A stretch of DNA of 16,026 nucleotides, from positions 1 through 16,026 of the forward strand of contig NW_021825295.1 in the NCBI RefSeq assembly GCF_006345805.1. Reading direction: 5' to 3'. Below the pieces are notes generated by a model. It had not been told where the DNA came from, searched no databases, and was given only the letters and a program-made list of their open reading frames with translations. Position numbers and translations under genes: made by a program. This document shows positions 1-9,285 of this stretch, in pieces; the first letter of the stretch is position 1, and every line of letters starts with the position of its first letter. Origin of the DNA: Octopus sinensis. Lineage: Eukaryota.

Positions 1-233
1 AATACCTATTTCTTTACTACCCACAAGAGGTTAAAACACAGAGGAGACAAACAAGGACAGACAGACGGATTAATTCGATTATATCGACCTCAGTGCGTAA
101 CTGGTCCTTAATTTATCGACCCCGAAAGGATGAAAGGCAAAGTCGACCTCGGCGGAATTTGAACTCAGAACGTAACGGCAGACGAAATACCGCTAGGCAT
201 TTCGCCCGGCACGCTAACATTTGTCAGCTCGCC
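1..233 (-). mobile_element. tRNA-type SINE, family A (full length)
   Basis: Reverse complement aligns end to end with the + copies at 12096-12334 and 13061-13289. It has a degenerate A box, a B box (GAGTTCAAATTCC), the central block GCCTTTCATCCTTTCGGGGTCGATAAA and the tail GTGGGTAGTAAAGAAATAGGTATT. Confidence 0.85.
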
Positions 234-371
234 GTCTTATACTTTCTTCAAAATGCTACTTATTGTCGTAATGAAGTCATTACACGCACACACACACACA
301 CACATATATCAATAAATGGTAAGACAACAAAAGAATAAAAGAGACCTCGATATTATGTAAATAGAGGAATT

Positions 372-545
372 TATCTGTAATGTAATATGTGACAATTATT
401 CGGTAGCCATGATAGTCTTTTCCCATGATAGTATATTTCCGATGGTCGGATAACTGAAGAGATGGCGGCGTGGTTTTCCACCTCGGCATCCGAAATCGGA
501 GTTTTATCATGGCTACCGAATATTGTCATATTACATTTACAGATA
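372..545 (+). mobile_element. Penelope-like pseudo-LTR/retrozyme-like remnant with an inverted copy of its 3' tail
   Basis: 372-414 is an imperfect inverted copy of 505-545. The interior 449-508 folds as a type I hammerhead, and the 3' end abuts (TA)n. Confidence 0.65.
449..508 (+). ncRNA. Type I hammerhead ribozyme (predicted GUU cleavage after 503)
   Basis: Stem I is GATAA(449-453)/TTATC(504-508) and the core is CTGAAGA(454-460). Stem II pairs 461-473 with 478-490 (11 of 13 pairs, TTTT loop), followed by one extra C and GAAA(492-495). A minimal stem III (T-CGGA-G) precedes the GTT triplet. Confidence 0.75.
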
Positions 546-568
546 TATTTATATATATATATATATAT
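542..568. repeat. (TA)n microsatellite
   Basis: Direct reading; lies between two convergent HHR-bearing elements. Confidence 0.9.
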
Positions 569-569
569 T

Positions 570-780
570 AAAGTTAATCCAAACAAGAAAACCAAAAAAA
601 CACAACAACGCGAGGACGTGGAACAAATATAGTATTATTGGACGCTCAGGAAAGAAGGAAAGAAGGAGGGTTAACGTTTCGAGCAGAGCTCTTCGTCGGA
701 AACATAGGAGAAGGAAAGATCCAGAGAAGGGAAGACAGAGGAAAAAAAATCGCCAAAGGTACACACGAGGTCATGCAGAT
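570..780 (-). mobile_element. Probable Penelope-like pseudo-LTR fragment
   Basis: On the minus strand, a pyrimidine-rich leader is followed by a hammerhead-like motif (670-703) and a T-rich tail ending in the (TA)n. Boundaries are approximate. Confidence 0.45.
670..703 (-). ncRNA. Hammerhead-like motif with non-canonical core (CCGACGA)
   Basis: Minus strand reads GTTT-CCGACGA-A-GAGC-TCT-GCTC-GAAA-CGTT-AAC. Stem II is GAGC/GCTC and the helix III region is palindromic (AACGTT). Stem I is weak and U4 is replaced by C. Confidence 0.45.
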
Positions 781-1647
781 AGTCACATTAGGAACGTCTT
801 TTTTATTAAATGTCCGCTCGGCCAGGTACGATCAAGATGAGTAAAAAAAAAACAAAAAAAAAAAAAAACAAATAGGATAAAATAGACTTTGTTGTTGGTT
901 AGTTATTTAATCAACCAACTAATTGCAAAAGACCTGAAGTTGACCTGCGGTGGAGAAAAAAAGGAAGTCATGCATTGAAGAGGTCACGGATGGCGACGAA
1001 CGAACTTAGGCAAGCACAATTGAGTGATAAACCATATGATTAATCAAACAAACTGTTTAGCTAGTTGGTTAACTTACTAACTAACCGATTGACGAAAGAA
1101 TAATAAAGAAACGAAATTGAACCAGTGCACGTGTTTATTATTGACATAATGACCCTCCTAAGACAGCAAAACTTATTCCAACATACGGGTTCACATCGAG
1201 AACCTTTGCAAACAAAATTATTTAAAAATAAGATAGACTAATGAAACGAGAAACTAACTTCGTCTGTTGACAGAATATATCTACAGACCTGACCCCTTGA
1301 GTTGCTATATTTATAGGGTACACACTTGCATATGAAAACATATGAGAATGAATGGTGTAAGCACGCACCAAATCTAGTATGTGACTACGACATGCCTAGA
1401 TGTGAGACATGACTATTCAAATAGTCAAAACGAATTTTAGCATATTGTTCAGATATTTTCACAGACTGAAACGAAATCATACACACAGTCTCTGATAGGC
1501 ACGTAGTTCTCTTCCGACACTCATTAAAAAAATATAAAAAAAAAAGAAAGAAATGAATTGAAATCTATGTACCGGGACAGTGAGATGAAATTAAGTTAAG
1601 ATGTAGGGAATAGTAAAAACATTACCTACTAAGTCCACTAGTCTGGA

Positions 1648-1673
1648 AACAACAACAACAACAACAACAACAA
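1648..1673. repeat. (AAC)n microsatellite
   Basis: Direct reading. Confidence 0.9.
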
Positions 1674-1675
1674 GT

Positions 1676-1866
1676 GTTTCGAATTTTGGCATTAGGCCAC
1701 AAATTTTGGTGGTTGGGCTGTAGTCGAATTCATCGACTCCAGTACTTGACTGGTGCTTATCTCATCGACCCCGAAAGGATATAAAACAATGTTAACCTCG
1801 GCAGAATTTGAATTCAGAACATAAAAGCTAGAAGAAATGACGCTAGGCATTTTGTCCTACGTAATG
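1676..1866 (-). mobile_element. Diverged, 5'-truncated SINE related to family A (different tail)
   Basis: Shares ATCGACCCCGAAAGGAT...CCTCGGC(A/G)GAATTTGAA(T/C)TCAGAAC and CGCTAGGCATTT with 1-233. Confidence 0.7.
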
Positions 1867-2070
1867 CTTTCTCTGTTTCAAAAATCCTGCCCACACGGGG
1901 CCAACATAGAGGGGACAATACAGCTTGATTTGGTGTCAGACTCACACAACGAGTTTGAAAATTTACAACGAAATCGAATGAAAAATCGGATGGCAACACA
2001 AATCGTTAAACAAATTAACAAACATAAAATGAGGCTAGAGAACAGGTTTTAGCTCCGATCCCATGAGCCC

Positions 2071-2126
2071 TGTTCCACTACCGACACCTTATGATATGTT
2101 CCACTACCGGTACCTTATGAAATGTT
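2071..2126. repeat. 26-bp tandem duplication (two units plus partial)
   Basis: TGTTCCACTACCGACACCTTATGATA at 2071-2096 and TGTTCCACTACCGGTACCTTATGAAA at 2097-2122. Confidence 0.85.
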
Positions 2127-2329
2127 AACGCATTGTCTTTTCACATACAGCATTCGTGCTACACGTGTCCATCTGTCTTTGTACATTCTCGCTGACAGGC
2201 ATCTCCTCTCCAGCACCACTTTCCGGCAACTGGTTTCGAGACATGCGACTGAACACGAAAAAGAAGAAAAAAACCATCTAAAAATTCTTGGAAAAGCGAC
2301 TTCAATTGCTATAAAAAACTATATTTTAA

Positions 2330-2560
2330 TGTAAAGTATAGAAGCCATCTTATCATGGCTAACCACATTGGGGAGGGGGTGTTACTGTAGCTTTATAGCC
2401 CCAAGAGATCGTCGTCTCTAGCTGGCTTTAGACACAATATCAGTGCCCTTATAGTATTTGCAAAGGGAGGCCATCCCTTCCTCGCAAGCCTGAGTGATAC
2501 GCTCGAACTAGTTTCGGGATTTTTGTCCCTCGTCAACGGGCGGTAACCACCAGGTCGCTT
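2330..2560 (-). mobile_element. 231-bp hammerhead-bearing Penelope-like/retrozyme-like element with 12-bp flanking direct repeats
   Basis: GC-balanced island in AT-rich DNA, flanked by ACTATATTTTAA at 2318-2329 and 2561-2572, and containing the HHR at 2500-2542. Confidence 0.65.
2500..2542 (-). ncRNA. Minimal type I hammerhead ribozyme (predicted cleavage between 2506 and 2505)
   Basis: Minus strand reads CGCCCG-TTGACGA-GGGA-CAAAAA-TCCC-GAAA-C-TA-G-TT-CGAGCG. Stem I has 5 of 6 pairs, stem II has 4 bp, and the palindrome AACTAGTT spans helix III. The core has a C3U change. Confidence 0.75.
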
Positions 2561-2786
2561 ACTATATTTTAAGCAATATTTAAATATAAATTTTAAAAAA
2601 GATGACTTTAAGAAATTATTTTTTTTAAATAACCGCCAAAATAAAAAATAAATTAAATAAAAACAAACATTTACCTGCTTGATGTCGTCGATGTATTTGA
2701 TAGGCTCAAAGTGGAGGCTGGAGGAGAAGCGTGGATTACATTGATTTGGTCGAGGGATTCGATTCATCATTAGACATTTAGTGAAA

Positions 2787-3099
2787 GCGCGTGGCTTAGT
2801 GGTTAGGGTATTCAGCTCTCAATCAAAAGGTCGTGAGTTCGATTCCCAGCAGCACATCGTGTCCTTGAGCAAGACATTTCATTTCACATTGCTTTAGTCC
2901 ACTCAGCCTACAAAGGTGAGTTGCACATGTATTTCAATTGGCCAGCCTTGTAACACTTTGTATCACCTTGAATCTCCCTGAGAAATACTTCAAGGGTACG
3001 CATGTCTGTGGAGTGTTCATTCACTTATTTCACGAGCAGGCTGTACCGTTGATTAGATCAACAGGAACCCCCGTCATCGTCGTAACCGACGGAGCGCCA
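2787..3099 (+). mobile_element. tRNA-type SINE, family C
   Basis: A box TGGCTTAGTGG and B box GTTCGATTCCC, followed by a CORE-like block GTGTCCTTGAGCAAGACA; ends CGTCGTAACCGACGGAGCGCCA. Confidence 0.8.
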
Positions 3100-3490
3100 G
3101 ACGTTTCCAGTTCATACTGTCGAATTTTCAGCATTCCCCAAAAACTTGTCTAGGGCGGTTGAATGGTTTATATTCTTGTCATCTAGGACAATATTACAGA
3201 CCTATTATTATTTTAATAAAGAGCTCAGCCTCAGATTTTATCTCATCGAAAAGAGTTAGTAATCTCTCTCTATGCGCAAACGCTAGCTGCACTTTGTCGA
3301 TGGTGAAATGTCTTGCAGCTGGTTCCAGTTGCTGCTGTTCGCGAAACTCCAGACATTATTTTATATTTCTTTAAATACTTACCATGTTTATAAGTATATT
3401 TTCTTGACACGCGAATGATTATAACTTGAGGAAGCAGTATTTCGTTTCCATCATCTTTATTATTTAACGTCACATTCATTCTTACTTTCT

Positions 3491-3865
3491 CACTCTCTTT
3501 ACTCTTTTACTCTTTTACTTGTTTCAGTCATTTGACTGCGGCCATGCTGGAGCACCACCTTTAGTCGAGCAATCGACCCCGGGACTTATTCTTTGTAAGC
3601 CCAGTACTTATTCTATCGGTCTCTTTTGCCGAATCGCTAGCTGTGACGGGGACGTAAAACACACCAGCATCGGTTGTCAATCAATGCTAGGGGGACAAAC
3701 ACAGACACACAAACATATACACACGCACTTATATATATATATATATACATATATACGACAGGCTTCTTTCAGTTTCCGTCTACCAAATCCACTCACAAGG
3801 CATTGGTCGGCCCGGGGCTATAGCAGAAGACACTTGCCCAAGATGCCACGAAGTGGGACTGAACC
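3491..3865 (-). mobile_element. tRNA-type SINE, family B (5'-truncated at B box)
   Basis: Reverse complement aligns with 12395-12770, including the internal (TA)n/(TG)n and the tail TGCTCCAGCATGGCCGCAGTCAAATGACTGAAACAAGTAAAAGAGT. Confidence 0.85.
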
Positions 3866-4329
3866 TATTTATAATAAAATATATTTTTGAATGTATTGCG
3901 AGTGAGGTATATGTTTCTGGTTGGAACCCCCAGGTTTTCTCTCCTGAAATGGCCTGGTTAAGAGTTCATTCGGGTACAGGAATGCTACCGGACACCTTGT
4001 CACTATGTTATGCAACCAGCCAGCATGTTAGATTGGGTGTTTAAGAACTCAAAGGTGCATAAAACAACCCCACAAACATCAAAAACAAGCTGAAGATGAC
4101 TGTCACTTCCCCCTAGTCTTCAGATGTCTGGTTACGCCCTCTGGCGCACACATTCCCTAGCCTCTAATCACCGAGAACGGTTGAAAGAGACTGAAGAGTT
4201 TTCAAACCAAATATCAGGAAAAAAAAAAAAAAACGTCAACGATATTGTGACGTCATAAACACAATATGGAAACAATTATATTACTTTGGAGTAGTTGCTT
4301 CAATCTCATTCTCTGTCTGTCTCTCTTTC

Positions 4330-4520
4330 ACAAACACACACAAATGCACACACACACACACACACACACATCGTCATACTCACACAGGCACACGCGCACA
4401 CACACACATGAACACACGCTCAAATACACTCACTCGCACATATATATTCATATGGAAACGTGTGCGAATACATTAATATATATACATATGTATGTGTGTC
4501 TATCTATCTATCTATCTATG
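4330..4520. repeat. Compound (CA)n/(TA)n/(CTAT)n microsatellite region
   Basis: Direct reading. Confidence 0.85.
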
Positions 4521-4624
4521 GTCGTGTTAATATCAACATTTTTTCTCTGCCCCAAGGCACATTCCTAACACGTCAGCTGAGATTAATTCGTCTAAGTCGA
4601 AAGACGCCTGTTTGTGATGTCCTG

Positions 4625-4627
4625 TTA

Positions 4628-4678
<51 letters not shown>

Positions 4679-4722
4679 TATTATTATTATTATTATTATT
4701 ATTTATTATTGTTATTATTATT
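4625..4722. repeat. (TTA)n microsatellite
   Basis: Direct reading. Confidence 0.9.
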
Positions 4723-4759
4723 GTTTTGTTTTTACGTATTATTTTTATTCATATTCGTG

Positions 4760-5002
4760 TAACATCGTCCGTTTTTCCGTCCTTGTTTTGTAATACATTC
4801 GAAGCTTTTTTCCAAGGAATCTAATGCGCTTAGCTTAGTTTTTTTCTTGGGACTGGCCATATTGAGCAATCTCAAGATTAATCAGCCGAAATTGCGAGGA
4901 TGATCCGGTTCTTGACTGAAGACTGAAGGCTTCGAATGTCCCGCCCGTGTTTTTTGTATCGTCTTTTAATGTGTTTGCGTTCTTGTCCCAGTTTGTATTT
5001 TT
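4760..5002. mobile_element. Unclassified interspersed repeat, family F, abutting a (TA)/(TACA)n array
   Basis: 4880-5002 is homologous in inverted orientation to 10801-10959 (shared GGGACAAGAA...GACGATACAAA...CATTCGAAG...CAGTCAAG...CGCAATTTCG.CTGATTA). Confidence 0.7.
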
Positions 5003-5004
5003 AT

Positions 5005-5022
5005 ATATTTATATATACTACA

Positions 5023-5095
<73 letters not shown>

Positions 5096-5096
5096 A
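5005..5096. repeat. (TACA)n + (TA)n microsatellite
   Basis: Direct reading. Confidence 0.9.
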
Positions 5097-5225
5097 ATAT
5101 TAAATTAGAGATAAAACCACTATTAGGCAAATCATACAATGAAAAACTTAAGCCAATTCATAAGATTATTTATTTATATTATTTAAATATATAACAAAAT
5201 TATTTAAAAAATATAATTAATATAA

Positions 5226-5289
5226 CACTACGATCGTTTCATGGCTGTTAATTTCTTTAAATTTTCGAGTTACAGTCATTCATCGGGTG
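5226..5289 (-). ncRNA. Type I hammerhead, mirror copy with U4C core change (CCGATGA)
   Basis: Identical to 5321-5384 except at position 5285, which changes the core from CTGATGA to CCGATGA. Confidence 0.6.
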
Positions 5290-5320
5290 GTTTAAATATT
5301 TAACTTGGCGAGGTTTAAAC

Positions 5321-5384
5321 CACCTGATGAATGACTGTAACTCGAAAATTTAAAGAAATTAACAGCCATGAAACGATCGTAGTG
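5321..5384 (+). ncRNA. Type I hammerhead ribozyme with canonical core (predicted GUA cleavage after 5381)
   Basis: Stem I is CAC/GTG and the core is CTGATGA(5324-5330). Stem II is ATGaCTGT/ACAGcCAT (7 of 8 pairs), followed by GAAA(5370-5373) and C-GATC-G-TA, which contains the palindrome ACGATCGT. Confidence 0.8.
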
Positions 5385-5605
5385 TTATATTAATTATATT
5401 TTTTAAATAATTTTGTTATATATTTAAATAATATAAATTAAATAATCGTATGTATTGGCTTAAGTTTTTCATTTTATGATTTGCCTAATAGTGGTTTTAT
5501 CTCTAATTTAATATAATATAATATTTTACTATAAAAATTGGATTCAATCCTAAATCTGATTTTCCCGTAAGTTTGAATTTATTCCCTAATATTTATTATA
5601 TATTG

Positions 5606-6060
<455 letters not shown>

Positions 6061-6149
6061 GAGAAAGAGGGGAGTAGTAGCAGTAGTCGTAGTTGTGGTG
6101 GGTGAAAATATGAAACAATAAAAGAAATAAAAAAAGAAATAAGGAAAGA

Positions 6150-6315
6150 ATAATAATATAAATAATATAATAATAATAATAACAATAACAATAATATAAT
6201 AATAATAATAATATAACAATAACAATAACAATAATAATATAATAATAATGAATGATGATGATGATGATATAATAATAATAATAATGATGATAATGATGAT
6301 GATGATAAAATAATA

Positions 6316-6350
<35 letters not shown>

Positions 6351-6370
6351 TAATAATAATAATATAATAA

Positions 6371-6401
<31 letters not shown>

Positions 6402-6420
6402 AAGAGAAGAAAAGAAGAAG
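6150..6420. repeat. Compound (AAT)n/(GAT)n/(AAG)n microsatellite
   Basis: Direct reading. Confidence 0.9.
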
Positions 6421-6798
6421 ATAGGATACATGGAGAAAAAGAAGAAAAAGGAAGAATGGACAAAGAAAAGTGAAAAAAAAAAACCATAAAGAAAATGTCG
6501 GCGAAGACAATGGGCAAAAGAATGTATAAATCTGTCGGAGCGAATGTAGAAAGTATGACGGTAAAAATATTCGTCATAACAAAGATAAATATTTCTAGTG
6601 GATTAGTGAATTATTGAATGAAGCAGACGACGGCGGCGAAGACGACGACGACGATGACGGTGTGAATGAAAATAAAAAAAAAGGTTTGCGTGGAGGGACC
6701 GTGGGATAGGAATTTGGAGATAGGATAAAGAGACGGTTGAAACAAAGGGCTAGGTATACATACTTGTTAACATTATTATTATTATTATTATTATTATT

Positions 6799-7350
6799 GA
6801 GTGAGAGAGCAGTTCATGCCATCAAAGTGACACTGGGGTAAAATATACGAAGCCCAATATACCCATCATGACTACCCGTCTGATAAAGGTACACCAGGCA
6901 CATGCATCACAACCATATGTGCGCGACATGGTGATCTCATATCAAGATAAACAGCACATGACCTTGCAGGTGGGGCCCAGTTAGAATTTTCTTCAGGTTG
7001 AGTAGCCCATCCCGCTCAAACGGTCCTGAATAAGGGTTGCTTAAGGATGTTGAAAGAACCACCCATGTTTCCAGAGGTGAACTATTCAACCCCAAAGAAT
7101 CCTCTCAACACATGGCTATGATGCTCCCCCACACTTCTGCTCATGATCAGAGATGCACATATCGTCAGCCACTAAGGGACATGCTCAACTTGGTAAGGTC
7201 AAACAACTGACAAGCAAATCTGTGGTATTGAGCAGAATATTTGCTGTAGCCCATCTTTTATACCAAGACAAAACAATGTACATGATAACACTTCCAATCA
7301 GTTAAGATCAGAAGCCATGAGAGCCACTGCCTGTACTGCATCATCAGGGC

Positions 7351-7353
<3 letters not shown>
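6799..7353. mobile_element. About 555-bp interspersed element embedded in a (TTA)n array (class uncertain)
   Basis: Complex, GC-balanced block with sharp junctions to in-phase (TTA)n on both sides (6772-6798 and 7352 onward). No terminal inverted repeats (TIRs), Pol III boxes or intact ORF seen. Confidence 0.6.
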
Positions 7354-7385
<32 letters not shown>

Positions 7386-7429
7386 TATTATTATTATTAT
7401 TATTATTTCATTATTATTATTATTTTATC

Positions 7430-7472
<43 letters not shown>

Positions 7473-7479
7473 GATTATC

Positions 7480-7551
<72 letters not shown>

Positions 7552-7638
7552 GTTATTATTGTTATTATTATTATTAATTATTATTATCATTATTATCATA
7601 TTATTATTATATTATTATTATTATTATTATTATCATCA

Positions 7639-7684
<46 letters not shown>

Positions 7685-7725
7685 CATTATTGTTATTGTT
7701 ATTATTATTATTATTATTGTTATTA

Positions 7726-7764
<39 letters not shown>

Positions 7765-7772
7765 TATTGTTG

Positions 7773-7825
<53 letters not shown>

Positions 7826-7840
7826 GTTATTATTATTATA
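7352..7840. repeat. Long (TTA)n microsatellite with TCA/TTG variants
   Basis: Direct reading. Confidence 0.95.
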
Positions 7841-7964
7841 GGAAATAAGATTGTTGTAGTGCTAAAAAATGTAAGCTTCCGTGAAACCAACGAAAAGAAG
7901 AAGAACCTATGTGGACAAATAAACTCTTGACCTCCCTGAAATAGTTGCCAAATCTTCTATTTAA

Positions 7965-7975
7965 GAGATAGATAA

Positions 7976-8024
<49 letters not shown>

Positions 8025-8041
8025 CAGACAGATAGATAGAC

Positions 8042-8108
<67 letters not shown>

Positions 8109-8113
8109 CAAAC

Positions 8114-8168
<55 letters not shown>

Positions 8169-8215
8169 CAAAAATAAGGAGAGAGAGAGGGGGGAGAGAG
8201 AGAGAAAGAGAGAGA
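7965..8215. repeat. (GATA)n + (GA)n microsatellite
   Basis: Direct reading. Confidence 0.95.
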
Positions 8216-8480
8216 AGACAAAAATACATCAAAATGGTTAGCCCTTTGTTAACATACGCTGATTTCATTTCGATTTATTTTGAAAATATTGAATGATTTA
8301 GTAAAATAACTTCGTCATTATTAAGTTGGTTTATGGACCATGAATTAACCTTGTTTCAATTAATTTTCAAAATGTTGAAGGGTTTAGTATAATAACTCTT
8401 CAAGAGGCTGTGCTCTAGTATGGCCGCTGTCCAGTTACTGAAGCAAATTAAAGAATAAAAGAATACAATTGTGTAGAGTT

Positions 8481-8866
8481 GCTGGCATGGCTTTGTGGTT
8501 AAGAAGTTTCACTTTCAAACAACGTGGTCCCGGGTTCAGCTCCATTGTCTGGCACCTTGGGCAAGTTTTCTACCAAAGCCTGGGCCAACTGTACCTTAAG
8601 AATTTGGTAGACGGAAACTGTGAGGAAACCCGTCTTATATGTGTGAAAGAGATAGAGAGTATTTCTGTGCTCGCGTGTGTATTCGTCTTTGTGTTTGACA
8701 ACCGATGATGGTTTGTTTACATTCCCGTAATTTAGCGGTTCTACGAAATGAACGATAAAATATCAGAGTTAAAAAGTAAGTACTGCGGTCGGTATGTTCT
8801 ACTAAATCCTTCAAGGCAGTGCTCCAGCATGGTTGCAGTCCAATGATTGAAAACAAGTAAAAGATA
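8481..8866 (+). mobile_element. Older, diverged SINE related to family B
   Basis: TGGCTTTGTGG and GGTTCAGCTCC boxes, GGCACCTTGGGCAAG, ATTTGGTAGACGGAAACTG, and the tail GTGCTCCAGCATGGTTGCAGTCCAATGATTGAAAACAAGTAAAAG. Confidence 0.8.
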
Positions 8867-9079
8867 GAAACTGCAAGAATGGAGTAAATGTATTTACATG
8901 TGTAGTCGTAAATCGGATACTGTTGCAGACTTTGCCAACCCTCAAAAGTCAAGTGTCGTATGAATTCGAACATGGAACTGGGAAAAGTAGTGAGACACTC
9001 TCAAATTTCCTAGCAGAGCTGGTTTTAGTGTAAACACAATGGGGATTCAATGTCACGTGGTACTTGCAGTACTTCTTAA

Positions 9080-9274
9080 TCCTTTAGCATTTAATCCGGC
9101 CAAAATACTCTATGCACAAAATGACTAAATCTGGCGTCTACCCAACAATGTAATTTTTAAAAATAAACAACCCCATCGTCCAAATGTTGAAGTCATAAAA
9201 TAACACATGATAAATTCAATACAATATGAATAAATAGGCATTAAATAAGGTAGAGTAATGTGAATGCTAAAGGG
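9080..9274. mobile_element. TTAA-flanked MITE (piggyBac-like)
   Basis: TTAA at 9076-9079 and 9275-9278; TIRs (T/C)CCTTTAGCATT / AATGCTAAAGGG. Confidence 0.75.
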
Positions 9275-9285
9275 TTAAGGATTTT

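Larger units (their letters stand above)
5097..5514. mobile_element. 418-bp palindrome: inverted pair of Penelope-like pseudo-LTR ends
   Basis: Arms 5097-5296 and 5314-5514 are reverse complements with about 5 differences by eye, around a 17-nt spacer. Each arm carries a hammerhead reading outward from the centre. Confidence 0.8.

Noticed and set aside
372-545. Plain MITE interpretation of the 40-bp inverted repeats
   Set aside because: The interior is a complete hammerhead whose stem I overlaps the right arm, and no TSD is evident. An inverted PLE-type tail explains it better.
1837-2052. 71-aa plus-strand ORF
   Set aside because: It starts at a TTG/ATG-type codon inside a SINE fragment, is short and has no recognisable motif.
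2071-2126. CRISPR-like direct repeat
   Set aside because: The units are adjacent with no spacer, there are only two, and the context is eukaryotic.
2393-2770. 125-aa minus-strand ORF
   Set aside because: It runs through an AT-rich tract and the ribozyme element; no domain is recognised and it joins unrelated sequence.
3195-3355. Stop-free minus frame LEFREQQQLEPAARHFTIDKVQLAFAHRERLLTLFDEIKSEAELFIK
   Set aside because: It looks protein-like but has no start codon, no convincing splice sites and no recognised family; not supportable without a BLASTX search.
4091-4200. Several CTGAAGA heptamers on both strands
   Set aside because: None is followed by a viable stem II plus GAAA.
4574-4610. CAG-CTGAGA...GAAAGACGC-CTG hammerhead look-alike
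   Set aside because: The core is incomplete (not CUGANGA) and there is no valid NUH triplet; several changes would be needed.
4916-4945. CTGAAGA...CGAAT motif in family F (CTGAGGA...CGAATGACCCGTC on the minus strand near 10895-10925)
   Set aside because: GAAT instead of GAAA in both copies, and no stem I can be formed.
5097-5514. ADAR editing signature fixed in the palindrome arms
   Set aside because: Only one of the about 5 arm differences is A/G; the rest are transversions or an indel.
7320-7350. Minus-strand CTGATGA followed by a short TGC/GCA stem
   Set aside because: GTGG replaces GAAA; no hammerhead or convincing HDV-like fold could be built.
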